From the sequence record OR413578.1: DNA of 64,000 bases, one strand, 5' to 3'. Below are positions 35,599 through 46,973 of this stretch, in pieces; within the stretch, counting starts at the first letter, position 1; each line of letters begins with the position of its first letter. Under the pieces are notes generated by a model that was not told the DNA's origin, searched no databases, and worked only from the letters and a program-made list of their open reading frames with translations. The position numbers and the translations under genes are program-made.

Positions 35599-36555
35599 AT
35601 GGGCGAACGTTTCATTATCCAGATTCCGTATAACGTTATTGTTGAACCTAACCAGTACCTGGCACAGATTAATGAGCTTCTGGCTGGGTTCTGCCAACGT
35701 CAGTTTGTTAAACCGTGGTCCTTTGAGAAACTGTACACCCTGTGCGTGAACAGTGAAACCGGTCACACTTACGTCGAAGGTAAAGTCTTCACAGGCGACC
35801 AGCGTTTGGAAATAAATGATTTCGAAATGCCATGGACGTTGGAAGGTGTCGAATATCGTGGTACGGTTGATCGCCCGCGTTACGTGCCTTTGTACACCAT
35901 CCCACAATGTATTACTAACGTTATGGGTTGGTCTAAAGCGCGTGGTATTCTGGATAACGGCGTCTGGTATAGCCAAGCCACCAAACTCTACGAAGAAGAC
36001 GGTGAAGCAGCAACCGGCATCAGCAAAACCAAAGAACGTCTTATCATGGACGGCCTAGGCGATGCAATGGTGGTACTGGTTAACGTCAACGCCTTGGTAG
36101 GTATGCCATCCAAGTTGGTTTCTGTCATGCTGTCCCGTGGGCGCGCACGTCTCGAAAAGAACGTTCCATTTGGCGATGCCCATCGCTTGTTCCACAAAAT
36201 GCGATTGGCCTTCACGTTGATGCACGATATTGTCTATCAAGGGGCCGATCGTCGTAACCAGCACCAGGGCACTTATCGTTTTACCGAGAGTGACGACGAT
36301 CTGATTATCGAATACGAAGAGCAGATGACCGTGGCACTCTATTACATGGAAGCACTGGCGCGAACGTACAACATTACCCTGGAACAGTGCTTCTCACTGG
36401 CTTGGGATGAAATCAAAGACCGTAAGGGTTTCCTGAATGCGGATGGCATCTTCGTTAAAGAAGCAGACATGACCGCTGCTGAAATCGAAGTAAACGGTTC
36501 CCTTACTGTAAAAGATGAGGCGTTTACCGATGGCGAAGAAACTGTTCACGGTTGA
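35599..36555 (+). CDS. MazG-like NTP pyrophosphohydrolase with an extra N-terminal domain
   Basis: WSKARGIL..QATKLYEEDGE..DGLGDAMVVL..CFSLAWDEIKDRKG. Confidence 0.8.
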   Translation: MGERFIIQIPYNVIVEPNQYLAQINELLAGFCQRQFVKPWSFEKLYTLCVNSETGHTYVEGKVFTGDQRLEINDFEMPWTLEGVEYRGTVDRPRYVPLYTIPQCITNVMGWSKARGILDNGVWYSQATKLYEEDGEAATGISKTKERLIMDGLGDAMVVLVNVNALVGMPSKLVSVMLSRGRARLEKNVPFGDAHRLFHKMRLAFTLMHDIVYQGADRRNQHQGTYRFTESDDDLIIEYEEQMTVALYYMEALARTYNITLEQCFSLAWDEIKDRKGFLNADGIFVKEADMTAAEIEVNGSLTVKDEAFTDGEETVHG

Positions 36556-36952
36556 TTACGACGAATACGTTGATCGTTTACTGGTCAACAATATCGTCTG
36601 GGAAGACCACGGTCTAATGCCATGGCATCTGAAACTCCTAGCGGAGCGTTCAGAGCAATGCGGTGGTTTGGAGTTCGTACTCACCGACACGCCTATTCCG
36701 GTACCTCACATTGCGCCGGTAGAAAATCTGTACTTCTTCGATGCTAATGTGAAGTTATTACAGCAGGTACTCTATACGCACGATTGGCGTGGTGGTTGTC
36801 AGTTCCCAGAGAACGTTCTAAAGCTCTCTGAGCGCTTCGGCACCGACATCGCATACTGTCAAACGTTCCCAAAAGACTTGGGACGAAACAGCGTGGTACT
36901 GTGGTATTACCCTCCGGTAAAAGACATCGTGAAAGTGATTATCGAACGCTAA
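36530..36952 (+). CDS. Hypothetical protein
   Basis: ATG 36530 after GAGG. Confidence 0.8.
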   Translation: MAKKLFTVDYDEYVDRLLVNNIVWEDHGLMPWHLKLLAERSEQCGGLEFVLTDTPIPVPHIAPVENLYFFDANVKLLQQVLYTHDWRGGCQFPENVLKLSERFGTDIAYCQTFPKDLGRNSVVLWYYPPVKDIVKVIIER

Positions 36953-37005
36953 AAATAAAAGCAAACGAGTACCCCGTTAGGGGTACTCGCATTACTTATT
37001 TTTTT
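36953..37005. terminator. Bidirectional terminator
   Basis: A tract, CGAGTACCCC-GTTA-GGGGTACTCG, T tract. Confidence 0.85.
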
Positions 37006-37006
37006 G

Positions 37007-37558
37007 TTACGCTTGAGTCATGTCGGGGATGTCATAAACCAGACCGTTCAACTCAGTAACGGTGATCAGTTTACTGATATCGACGCCATCGCTCGGAACT
37101 TCGGTCAAATAAACTTCAACCGTACCCGTCCACGCCAGTGACTTTCCATTGAAACGCAAATTGTGTTTCGTGGAAGACGTCATTGACTCCGTCGCATAAA
37201 TCTCGCTCGCATCAATCAACCAATTGTACTTGGCCTGTAACAACGGAACGAGGTCGGCGGCTGTATTGGCGCTACTACCGTCCACAGACAGCACCACGTT
37301 TTCAAACAGGTGGGCTACGTCCAGTCGACGGTAAGTAAGACCCATCTTACCAAACGTACCTTTCTCAACGATACCAGAAACATCGAGACTGGTGTTCAGT
37401 CTGGTGTACTGTTCTGGGTCAGGATCGGCTGCGGTGATGTGTGCCGGGTTACCGAACGACAATTTATCGATGGTCACGCCCTTACCAGTCAGTCCAGGAT
37501 TCTGAGACACGATGAGATCGTAAACCAACTCTTTTGCGGTCTTTCCAAATAAACTCAT
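37007..37558 (-). CDS. Probable virion tail/baseplate-associated protein (SPN3US gp237-like)
   Basis: LVYDLIVSQNP..LTYRRLDV motif typical of jumbo-phage structural proteins. Confidence 0.65.
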   Translation of the reverse strand: MSLFGKTAKELVYDLIVSQNPGLTGKGVTIDKLSFGNPAHITAADPDPEQYTRLNTSLDVSGIVEKGTFGKMGLTYRRLDVAHLFENVVLSVDGSSANTAADLVPLLQAKYNWLIDASEIYATESMTSSTKHNLRFNGKSLAWTGTVEVYLTEVPSDGVDISKLITVTELNGLVYDIPDMTQA

Positions 37559-37580
37559 AATGCGCTACCTCTGTGGTGTA

Positions 37581-39842
37581 CTATCGCGCTTGTGGTAGGA
37601 AAATGTTCGCGATTTGTCGTGCTGGTATGATATCTAACGCGGCGTTGACGATGCTGCCCTGTGACCAGGCACTTGCCCAGTTCTGCGCCCAGATAGACGC
37701 GTTGATTTTAGCCTGCGCGATACCGTTGGTACGCTCGTAAAGCGTGGCAGCACCCAACACAGACATAAATTCACTGAACTTGTTATCATCATCAAACACA
37801 CCAATATCAGTTACAATCGGCATGTACATAACGCGTGACAGGTCGCGAATGGTTACCTGAATATCACACGACAACGGCAGGCCGTCTGCACGCCACCCTA
37901 ACCCACCTGTACCAAACTGGAGACTCAAGTTAGTTACCATGGCATTACGCATGGAATAACGACCACGAGAATAACACTCCAGATAGAACGGGTGCGTAAA
38001 CGATTGTTTACCGGTTGCTAACGGGCAAACTGCCGCTAACCAGAACGACAAAGGGACAATCAGATCCTGGAACACATCTAAGTCGTTACCCGACCAACAG
38101 CGAAGGGGAATGCTTAGCGAGATATCGTCACCTGAGGTGTCTGAGGAGTCCCACACTTCCGGGAAGTCAATCACTGACGAGTTGTACAGCGACATAATCC
38201 CTGATAAATGCAAGAAATCGAGTGCGCCTGTAAAGGCGGACTTCAACCCAGTAATGAGACCATCGACTGCGTCGAAACCAGTCTTACCACCAGAGAGGTT
38301 TACTTCCAAAGAACGTGCTTTCTGTGTGGCGGAGTTAACCGTGCCAGAGATTTCAGGTTCTTTGGTGGTGTTGGAGAACGAACGCCCTACGGTATCACGT
38401 CCATCAACACGCCAAGTAATCCACTGCGAACCATTGCGTATCTCCGAAGCGATGTTCGAAGTTAACCCATCCATAGCGCCTTCTAAAATATCGATATAGT
38501 CTTTGAAGACGCTACCGACAGATTCTTTCTGGCCTTGGTCCATCCAGTTTTCAATCTTCCCAATGTCGAGATTATTCTCATCCATTGAGTTTGCTTCGGT
38601 CTGACTTTTAGCAACCTGAGCCTGGTTCTTTTCAACCTGTGCCATACGCTCGGCAAGCTCTTTACGTTGCGCGTCACCTTCGTTTTCGAAGTTTTCAGCT
38701 TTACCTCCTTGTGACTGAGCATCCTGAATGCTTCCGTTCATCCCTGCTACCAGTTCGTCTTCTTTGTTATCGACGTTTTCAAAACCGGCATCGTACCCTT
38801 TACCGGCTTTGGCTACGTATTCAAGGTTACGTAAAGAAACCTCGTACTGCGCAGCTTTCTCCAAATGGGTTGTTGAGTACGTCGCTTCCAGATAGAAGTT
38901 TCGCAAACGTCGAGCCATGTCCTCTTCGTTACTCGACTCTTTACGAATTTTATCGATGGTTTTCGCCTGGTAGTTGGCTAATGTTTGGTAGCGGTTAATC
39001 ATTCGATAGATATCGAACTCACCATCAGCTGTCCAGATTTCTGGCAGCATGGAGTACCACTCTTTGCGGTCGCCGTTGTACTTATTAGCAGTACCGCCTT
39101 TCTCAGACCCATCTACAGCATTAGCAAGCTGGAAAGTCCCTAACACACCCGTTGGTACCAATCGGCGATAAACTAACTGGGTGTTGACCATATTCTGCAC
39201 AGCGCGCAGATACAAGTGCATTGTCGGTTTCACGTAGTAGTAGCGAGAAGTCTGCTTATTCAGCACCATCTTCAACATACGTGGCGTAATCAGAATAACC
39301 GCAAAGGCAACCGTACCTACCGCGGCCCATATTGCTGCGGCGGCAACATACGTCCCCATCGCACGTAACATACCTGGGTAGTCACCTGTGCGCGCCAGAT
39401 ACGCTAGGTTGGAATCGTACATATTCGCGAAGAATGCAGCGACCCCGATATATCGAGGTTTACCGAAACGACAATGAAGATAAAAACTGTTTTGGTTAAT
39501 AGCTTCGTAATAGAAAGTCCCTAGACGATAGGAACCACGTTGGTCTTGACCTTTAACGTACTTTGAGTACGAGCCACGACCTGCATCAGGTTGTGCAAAA
39601 GCACCTGTTGAACTCGGATCAGCAAACATCGTAAACTGCGGCGGCGCATTTAACGCTTGCGAACCACCCATCGTGGTATCTTCAAACGAGAGCATCGCGT
39701 TAGAGTAACGACGCAAACCCAGGAAACGCTCATCGCGTTGTGCGGTTGTACCGCCAAACAGGCCGGTTACCCATCCTGAATCTTTTAGTTGTCTTGCTTC
39801 CACGTAAAACCTCTCTGTAAGATGATTAGGGGGTGTTGCCAC
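37581..39842 (-). CDS. Virion tail/baseplate protein (SPN3US gp238 / phiKZ gp182-like)
   Basis: 753 aa, directly downstream of the tape measure. Confidence 0.7.
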   Translation of the reverse strand: MATPPNHLTERFYVEARQLKDSGWVTGLFGGTTAQRDERFLGLRRYSNAMLSFEDTTMGGSQALNAPPQFTMFADPSSTGAFAQPDAGRGSYSKYVKGQDQRGSYRLGTFYYEAINQNSFYLHCRFGKPRYIGVAAFFANMYDSNLAYLARTGDYPGMLRAMGTYVAAAAIWAAVGTVAFAVILITPRMLKMVLNKQTSRYYYVKPTMHLYLRAVQNMVNTQLVYRRLVPTGVLGTFQLANAVDGSEKGGTANKYNGDRKEWYSMLPEIWTADGEFDIYRMINRYQTLANYQAKTIDKIRKESSNEEDMARRLRNFYLEATYSTTHLEKAAQYEVSLRNLEYVAKAGKGYDAGFENVDNKEDELVAGMNGSIQDAQSQGGKAENFENEGDAQRKELAERMAQVEKNQAQVAKSQTEANSMDENNLDIGKIENWMDQGQKESVGSVFKDYIDILEGAMDGLTSNIASEIRNGSQWITWRVDGRDTVGRSFSNTTKEPEISGTVNSATQKARSLEVNLSGGKTGFDAVDGLITGLKSAFTGALDFLHLSGIMSLYNSSVIDFPEVWDSSDTSGDDISLSIPLRCWSGNDLDVFQDLIVPLSFWLAAVCPLATGKQSFTHPFYLECYSRGRYSMRNAMVTNLSLQFGTGGLGWRADGLPLSCDIQVTIRDLSRVMYMPIVTDIGVFDDDNKFSEFMSVLGAATLYERTNGIAQAKINASIWAQNWASAWSQGSIVNAALDIIPARQIANIFLPQAR

Positions 39843-39851
39843 CCCCTACGA

Positions 39852-42800
39852 TTAGCTTGCTTTCCGACTTACGTTTAACGACGGTGTCGGTTGGGTTATT
39901 TCCTGCCTACGTGCAGCTGAGCCAGGAGGAGGCACATTTGCCGCTTGCTGGATACTACCACCCCGTGTGTCGTTTGCCGCTCTTGGATTTGATTTCAAAA
40001 TATCACGAATCTCTTTCAAGTAATCGCGAGACTGAATCAGTACCTTGAGCTGCTGAACATCTATCGGGTCACCATTCAGCGTTGGCGTCGATGCTGTAGC
40101 ATCAGAAGTTGGAGCGGCAACTGGACGAGCTGCTGCGTTAACCTGCGCTTCCGCACCTGCTTTCACTTTAGCAACATCCGTCGCAGACAATCCTTCTGCT
40201 GCAGCTTGCGACGCTACGGTTTCGGCCGTTGTTGAGGCATCGGATGTTCCGGTACCGCCTGTGGTTGGTGTAGGTGCTGCTGGTCCTACATTACCTGCGG
40301 CGGTAGCCATTGCATCTTGTGCCGCCATGGCCCCTTTCTGCGTCAATGCGTCATCACGACGATTAGCATTATCTGCTGGCAGGTTATCTGCTGGCGACAG
40401 ACTCGGGTCATTAGCGGCCGGTGCACCCATTGCTGCTGCCGGGTTGGTTGGTGAATTAGGCGACAAGCCTGCAACCATATCCTTCGTCTTGCTCGGATCG
40501 GCAGCGACTTCGTTGGCGGAAATTGCGCCCATGCGGCGGTTCAGTTCCTGAATAACCCCGTCTACGCTACGTATACGACCGTTGCTGTAGAAGACGTTGG
40601 CATTCCCTCTCAATATTGCGGATGTAATCCCAGGAGCACTCGATGCCGCCATATTCGGATTACGCTTCCATGCTTCCAGGAATTTCTTACCACCGCCTGC
40701 ACCCAGGAAGTGGTACAGATAAGCCACGGCTGGAGGTGGTGCTTTACCACCCAGGTCACGTTGTGCTTTTTGGATGTTGTCACGAATGAACTGTACACCC
40801 AATATAGCATTCGCCCACGGGTCCATTTGGTTAACACGCGGAATACCAAACTTCCGCGAATACCCCTTCATCATCCCGTCCCACGTGCCGTTAACAAACT
40901 GGAACAACCCAGATGCCGAAGCATACGGGTTTTTAGCGGTGTAGTTAAATCCGGACTCCGCCTTAGCCATTGCTAACGCCACTGCAGGTGGCACGCCCAT
41001 CATGTTCGCTGCATCGGTAATCAATGCTTTGATATTCGGAACGTTCAACGCACCCTTTCTACCCAACATTTCTATCGGGTATTTTTCAGCCAGTGACTTA
41101 TAATCACCGTCTTTCACATCACTCAGGTTAATCGAAGACGAACCAGTGGTCATTGCAGCGTAGTTCCGCACACCGCCAACCGCATCGACGACTTGACCTA
41201 AGTTACCCGGCACACCGCCACTCGTGCCCGATGGAATGTAGCCTGAGGCGCGAGCACCGTCAGATGACAAAGAATCTCCCGAACTGATGTTCGAGTCTTC
41301 TTCATCTTCACCGGTGACTTCCAGAGAACTGCGGTTCTTGTTACGATCCTTCCAGCGTGCACGCTTGCCATTATTTTTAATGGCTTTAATCATGTTACGC
41401 ACGGCAAGGTCAGCTTCTTTTGATAACAGCTTCAGCGTTTCCAGCTCGGCTTTGATAGACGATGGGTTCGTGTTAGCATCGCCCCCTAATGGGTTGATAT
41501 TCACTTCCCACACCGACTGTCTTATACCGCCCTTCAAGCTATAAGCTGTTGACATCATCAAACTGATTTCGTACAGGTAACCGCCGGTCAGTTTCAAGTT
41601 CAGCGGATCAGCTGTTGGCAGGTAGCGTTTCACCCCAACCAAGTACGTCATGAATACCGGTAAGAAACGGTCAAAGAACCACCGCTTCAAACGATCTTCT
41701 TTCGGTGTGCCGATAGCGTCTGGAACCATTGAGGCGATTGCTTTCTTCCAGTCACCTTTATAGCTTGCGGTTTTCACGTCGATGTCTTTGATGACGTTCT
41801 TCTCGAATACCGTAATCAACGTGCGTGTGGCGTTGTCGATGGTGGTAAAACCATAAGTCTTCCAACGTACCGACTCCATCGCATTCATGTCTTTCTGGTC
41901 GAGCACCGCGTTCCAGTCTACCTGAATCTGAACCTGCTCTGTTCCGTCTTCCCAACCTTCTACCTTCGCCAGATTTTTATTACGTTCGTTATCCAACTGT
42001 CCAAGTTTGTTGATAGCTTCATCAACACCCGCGGACTTAATCCCCTCCACGGCCGGTGTCATTCCGTACTTACGTGCTTTCTTATCGTCCATTCTGAACT
42101 TGATTGCACGCTCGACTTCATTCTGCACTTCCATAACCTCTTCACCGCTCAAAAACTCCTTCGGTGTAAAGGTTACGACGTCCCAGGCTTTCGAGAAGAA
42201 ACCTTGGTTGACTTTGCGTGGGTCTGTTAACGAAGAGAACGCTTTTGCATCCTTAGTCATCTTCATTTTGTTGAAGAGTGTCTGCATGTCCTCTTTCGAT
42301 ACTTTCTTAGCATCGCCGACGTCAGCCAACTGGATACTGTTCGGCATTGATTTCAGTGCCGTAATCCAGCGGAGATAAATCGGAATAAAGCGCTGAAGCA
42401 TAAACGCTTGGAAGGCCAACATCTCGCCTTTTTCCTCAACGTTAATACCGAACCCTTCAGCTAACTTCTGAACGTCTTTTCCACCTAGCCCACGGAGACT
42501 GGCTTGGCCATCTTCCGCGTAAGACACATACTCACGCAATGCGTCTTCTAAGTAACGCGCTTTCGCCCCGTCGTCCGACGACCACTTATCGTAATCACGG
42601 AAACCGTACTGAGCTAAACGCATCTTATCCAGGTACTGGGTATAGGTAGTCGTTGCGATCTTGTACGCGGCGTAACCTGCCGCGGCGATCGCACCAACGA
42701 TAAGAATTGCCGGCCAGCCCACTGCTGTCACGACGGCAGATGCCGCAGTTGCCACAGCGGACACCGCGGGTGCCGCCAAACGGGTTACTGCGAACTTACC

Positions 42801-45800
42801 AACATTCCACGCAGCCTTACCTAAAAGACCTACGGGTTTTAACACACCCCATTTCGTGATAGAACCGAGTATATTACCCACAGTTCCCAAGATACTGACG
42901 ATGGGACCGATGATAGGTAAGCCTTTCACCATATCCCACAGACCGCCAGATTTCCCTTTGGAGCCCTGCGCCTTCTCTTTCTTCTCCTTACGTTTCTCAC
43001 GCCAACGTTTGAAGAAGTTAAAGTAGTCGCGTTTTTCATCACTTTCAGGTGGCTTGTTACGTTTACCGAACTTCGCAAACATGGTACGGATGATGCCATC
43101 GTCACCGCCTGCGCGGGATACTGATTCGCGCATGGTGTTAAACCACGACATCTCTTGCAAGCCAATCATTCGGTCCAAGCGTTCAAACAATCTTGCACCT
43201 GCAGATTTGGCAGCGTTCTTCCCTTTGTTGATAACCCGACCTGCTGCATCGCGCGCGGTCTCAAGGTCGTCCTTCGCGTCACCGTAGACTTTACGGCCAG
43301 AAAGACCACCTTTCGCGTTCAAATGGCTGCGATAAAACTCAGCAACATCGTCATCGCGTCCTGCCAATCGACGTTCAACTTCGTAGCGTGTAGCAATGTC
43401 GTGTCGTGCTCCACGATATCCATCGAGCATATCCCCAGCCCGGCCTCGGAAACCACTGAACCAACCACGCAGGCGGTCACGTCCACGACCAAAGAACGCT
43501 TTTGTTCTTGACCAACGTCCACCAAAACGTTCAGACAATGACGCTTTCGCACGATCATACGCCCCGCGTACTGCACGACCGATCGTACTACCGCCGCCCC
43601 CGACACCCTTCTCCATTTCCTCTGTCCAACTTTCGTCTTCCGGATCTCCCGGTAAACGTTGGTTCAACAGTTTATAGATACGGATAAGAATGTGGTTGGT
43701 TTTCTTGCCGGTTGATGAGAAGATACTGAAACCACCACCCCCACCATCTTTACGACCTTTCCACCAACGCGTTAGTGGGTTGTCGGTAATCATGTCTTTC
43801 AGGCGGTCGACACCACGTTTCGCAAAACCGAGCACTTTACCCGGTAAGCTCGTTACGCGGTTGAACGCTTTCTGGAGACGTGTCTTTTCTTCGCCTTCCG
43901 GAATCTCGTTCAGCCAGTCCTTAATCTTACCAACGATGCTGCCTGCTTTCGGTGACAGGAAATCCAGGAACCTTTTCGGTAGCTTAGCCACCTTATTAAA
44001 GCCTAAGCCGATCTTACTGGCCAGACCTTGGGTCAGCGCTTGGATTTTCCCACCTTTATAGTAGCGGAGTTTACCGGCAGCGGCTAAGTCAGCGGCCGCT
44101 AGTATCAGGTTACCTGCGGAGTCAACAATATCACTCCCCAGTTTGATATCGTCCAGCGTTTTCAACTGAACCATTTTACCATCAATGACCTGATAGTATT
44201 CCCCAGCTTCCAGACGTGCACCTTGTAGAACAACGTTACCGTGGTCATCGTAAACATCGCGGATACCCAGTAGTCCTTTACCGAAGGAACTTACCGCTTC
44301 AAAACCACCACGGACACTACCACTGATAAGGCCACGCATCCGGGTTAAGAAACCAGGACCTTCGCCACCTCCCATGCCTGCGATTTTACCGCGTGCCCAA
44401 CCACCGAACTGGTTCAGTTTATTCCAGGCACCCTTAACACCACGTTTCGCAAAGCCACCGATTCCTGCTGCGGTGTCGAATAACACACCACCCCAACGAC
44501 GAATAAGCCCATCCTCACCGATGATAATACGACGGCGTCTACCGCCACCGCCACCACCGCCAGGGCGAGGCGGACCCATTTCTTCATCACCAGAACCAGC
44601 ACCCCCTGCTAACGAAGCCAGGAGAACCCCTTCTTCGTCCATACTTCTGACGTGTTCCAGAATTTTCTGGAGGGTGTCACTGTTGTTGTTACCCCGAATC
44701 GCTTCGATGATACCGTCAAAGTTATTCCGTGGTGCTTCTTCGCCACGGTTACGTTGACTCAACAATTCAACAAAGTTAGTCGAAGTTTCACCGTAGAGAA
44801 CTGCGGCTAGCTGCCGAGGCGACATTCCGCGGCCTTTACCACCGCCACGTAAAGCCGGCGGTAACGACGTGTCATCGGCACCACCACTTGCCCCTTGGTT
44901 CATTCGGCGCAGATAGTCGCCTAACGCCGAACCATTTTGCAGCTTACGTTGAATCTCCTGGTCACGAGTCAATGCACGCCCGCTGCGTGTCTTACCCATT
45001 GCCAAGTCATTAAACAAGGTATAGGGATCGGACAGGTCTTTATCCACGCCGAAGGTGTCACTCTTCGCGTCGTAGTTAAAGATACCCGCATCACGCAACG
45101 CTCGCTCGCCGTAAATATTCACCGCCTCGTCGATAATTGCCTGACGTTGGGTGATAGATGACTGCACTGTGGAGATTTTGCGAGCCAGTTCGTTACTTAA
45201 TTCGTTGCTACCACCAGTAAGACTGTCTGAATGCCCCTGTAACGCTTCCTTAATGCGTTCTGCGGCGTTTCCTGGCATATACCGATGAAGATGCATCGGG
45301 TCTTTCAGAATCGCTTCTACGTCGAATGCGCGGCCCTGCGAGGCACGTGACTCGATATAGTCGGCAAGATGCTGTCGATCCTTCTGCGAGAGCGTTTTGC
45401 CACGGTCAACAAAATCCACAGTGCTGTTAATGGAATTTTGGAGACGCAGGCGCTGCTCATCGTTTGCAACCGCTTTGCGTACACGGTTACCGACCACTTT
45501 GCGGTCTACGAAACCACGACTAGTGATGTCGTATTCCAGATCGGCATGTTCGCCATAGCCACGACGAACAGATTTGTTAATCTCTGCCAGCCAGGCAGGA
45601 ATAACTTCAACCAGGCTAAGATACGCTTTACGGTCAAACTTCGCCGAGCGACTTAACGTTTCGCCATTACGCTCATCAAGGAAGGCTTTCTCACGGTTTA
45701 ACGGTTGGACAATACCGAGTTCATTCAGTACCCGGAACAAATCCGCCAAAGGTCCTTGCGTTTCGCCTGCGATAGCTGAGTTCGAGATAGAGGAAAGATT

Positions 45801-46973
45801 ACCAAAGGTGAACGCGCCCTTCTGCAGGCGTTTCATGACCTCTGGATTTTTCTCCATCTCCTCACGAGTCCATTTCTGGAGTTTCTCGATTTGTGGGCCG
45901 AGTAGTTTCTTCGCAAGGAATCCGCTACCCCATGCAGTTGCTTTATCGCGAGCATTTGTTTTGCGACGTTCGGCAGTCAACGAAGAGCTGTCGCTCATGC
46001 CGAAATCGTCTTCAACACCCATGCCGAGAACAGACTCTAACAAACCACGACCTTCGCCAAATATACCAGAAATTTTCTTCTTGGTATTTTCGCGAATCAT
46101 GTCCATAAACCCGTCAGCATAACGCAATGGGTTCATCCATTCCGCAGCCTGGCGTTTAACGTTTGCCCAACGGACTTCTGAGAAATCTTCCTTCGCGTAG
46201 TCTGGCAGCGCCGTGTTCTTCACGATGGCTTCTAAAGCAGGCGTGTTACGATCGAACTCCGACTGCTTCATCTTCACGATGTCTTGAATGGCGAACAGGG
46301 TACGGTATTGCAATTCGAGTTTCTTACGCTCGATGTTTAAGAATACCCCACGGCTTAACCCGGTTAGCAGGTTAATGTCTTTCGCCATCCCAATCATGGT
46401 TTGGTGCATTGCATCCGCGCGCATCTCTTTGATGCTGTCGCGGAGCTTATCCTCTACCATGCGGTCTTGCAGTTGACGTTGTTCGTCGGCGTCCTTTGGC
46501 ACGCCTGAGAAAACGTCGCCCAGTTCACGATCCATCAATGCCTGATTCGGATCGTAGTTCTGGTAATCTAACTGGTCAGATTTTGACCACTTGTCGAAGC
46601 GTTTAGTAACTGCATCCGGCAAGTATTTCTTCATTGTCGGACCGAGTTGACGCGCTTGCATCTTCAGCGTGCGCTCGGTCTTCTCAAGCTCCCCTTTCGT
46701 ATGGGCGTAAATGTCCTTTGCTGCAGCTGCCGCTGACTGATAGCCCTCGTATGCATCAGCTGCCGGCTTAGGCATCCCCTTGAGGATAACTTGGTCACGT
46801 TTCCCTTCTGGCCAGATAGTTGACAACGCCGACTTCCTGGCAACATTCAGGGTACTGAGTATCGGGCTTCGTTTTTTCTCGTCTTTGGGACGGGGTGGTT
46901 CACCGAAATCATCCCAGTCGTCGAGTCTATCTAAATCGATATCATCGAAACCGTCTTTGCCTCTTTTTGCCAT
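39852..46973 (-). CDS. Tail tape measure protein with C-terminal lytic transglycosylase (phiKZ gp181-like)
   Basis: 2373 aa, helical and Gly-rich, hydrophobic segment near residue 1400; SLT motifs AKAESGFN, ASGLFQF, YLYHFLG. Confidence 0.9.
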   Translation of the reverse strand: MAKRGKDGFDDIDLDRLDDWDDFGEPPRPKDEKKRSPILSTLNVARKSALSTIWPEGKRDQVILKGMPKPAADAYEGYQSAAAAAKDIYAHTKGELEKTERTLKMQARQLGPTMKKYLPDAVTKRFDKWSKSDQLDYQNYDPNQALMDRELGDVFSGVPKDADEQRQLQDRMVEDKLRDSIKEMRADAMHQTMIGMAKDINLLTGLSRGVFLNIERKKLELQYRTLFAIQDIVKMKQSEFDRNTPALEAIVKNTALPDYAKEDFSEVRWANVKRQAAEWMNPLRYADGFMDMIRENTKKKISGIFGEGRGLLESVLGMGVEDDFGMSDSSSLTAERRKTNARDKATAWGSGFLAKKLLGPQIEKLQKWTREEMEKNPEVMKRLQKGAFTFGNLSSISNSAIAGETQGPLADLFRVLNELGIVQPLNREKAFLDERNGETLSRSAKFDRKAYLSLVEVIPAWLAEINKSVRRGYGEHADLEYDITSRGFVDRKVVGNRVRKAVANDEQRLRLQNSINSTVDFVDRGKTLSQKDRQHLADYIESRASQGRAFDVEAILKDPMHLHRYMPGNAAERIKEALQGHSDSLTGGSNELSNELARKISTVQSSITQRQAIIDEAVNIYGERALRDAGIFNYDAKSDTFGVDKDLSDPYTLFNDLAMGKTRSGRALTRDQEIQRKLQNGSALGDYLRRMNQGASGGADDTSLPPALRGGGKGRGMSPRQLAAVLYGETSTNFVELLSQRNRGEEAPRNNFDGIIEAIRGNNNSDTLQKILEHVRSMDEEGVLLASLAGGAGSGDEEMGPPRPGGGGGGGRRRRIIIGEDGLIRRWGGVLFDTAAGIGGFAKRGVKGAWNKLNQFGGWARGKIAGMGGGEGPGFLTRMRGLISGSVRGGFEAVSSFGKGLLGIRDVYDDHGNVVLQGARLEAGEYYQVIDGKMVQLKTLDDIKLGSDIVDSAGNLILAAADLAAAGKLRYYKGGKIQALTQGLASKIGLGFNKVAKLPKRFLDFLSPKAGSIVGKIKDWLNEIPEGEEKTRLQKAFNRVTSLPGKVLGFAKRGVDRLKDMITDNPLTRWWKGRKDGGGGGFSIFSSTGKKTNHILIRIYKLLNQRLPGDPEDESWTEEMEKGVGGGGSTIGRAVRGAYDRAKASLSERFGGRWSRTKAFFGRGRDRLRGWFSGFRGRAGDMLDGYRGARHDIATRYEVERRLAGRDDDVAEFYRSHLNAKGGLSGRKVYGDAKDDLETARDAAGRVINKGKNAAKSAGARLFERLDRMIGLQEMSWFNTMRESVSRAGGDDGIIRTMFAKFGKRNKPPESDEKRDYFNFFKRWREKRKEKKEKAQGSKGKSGGLWDMVKGLPIIGPIVSILGTVGNILGSITKWGVLKPVGLLGKAAWNVGKFAVTRLAAPAVSAVATAASAVVTAVGWPAILIVGAIAAAGYAAYKIATTTYTQYLDKMRLAQYGFRDYDKWSSDDGAKARYLEDALREYVSYAEDGQASLRGLGGKDVQKLAEGFGINVEEKGEMLAFQAFMLQRFIPIYLRWITALKSMPNSIQLADVGDAKKVSKEDMQTLFNKMKMTKDAKAFSSLTDPRKVNQGFFSKAWDVVTFTPKEFLSGEEVMEVQNEVERAIKFRMDDKKARKYGMTPAVEGIKSAGVDEAINKLGQLDNERNKNLAKVEGWEDGTEQVQIQVDWNAVLDQKDMNAMESVRWKTYGFTTIDNATRTLITVFEKNVIKDIDVKTASYKGDWKKAIASMVPDAIGTPKEDRLKRWFFDRFLPVFMTYLVGVKRYLPTADPLNLKLTGGYLYEISLMMSTAYSLKGGIRQSVWEVNINPLGGDANTNPSSIKAELETLKLLSKEADLAVRNMIKAIKNNGKRARWKDRNKNRSSLEVTGEDEEDSNISSGDSLSSDGARASGYIPSGTSGGVPGNLGQVVDAVGGVRNYAAMTTGSSSINLSDVKDGDYKSLAEKYPIEMLGRKGALNVPNIKALITDAANMMGVPPAVALAMAKAESGFNYTAKNPYASASGLFQFVNGTWDGMMKGYSRKFGIPRVNQMDPWANAILGVQFIRDNIQKAQRDLGGKAPPPAVAYLYHFLGAGGGKKFLEAWKRNPNMAASSAPGITSAILRGNANVFYSNGRIRSVDGVIQELNRRMGAISANEVAADPSKTKDMVAGLSPNSPTNPAAAMGAPAANDPSLSPADNLPADNANRRDDALTQKGAMAAQDAMATAAGNVGPAAPTPTTGGTGTSDASTTAETVASQAAAEGLSATDVAKVKAGAEAQVNAAARPVAAPTSDATASTPTLNGDPIDVQQLKVLIQSRDYLKEIRDILKSNPRAANDTRGGSIQQAANVPPPGSAARRQEITQPTPSLNVSRKAS

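Noticed and set aside
40261-46476. Many plus-strand ORFs inside the tape measure gene
   Set aside because: Antisense shadow frames of a Gly/Ala-rich gene
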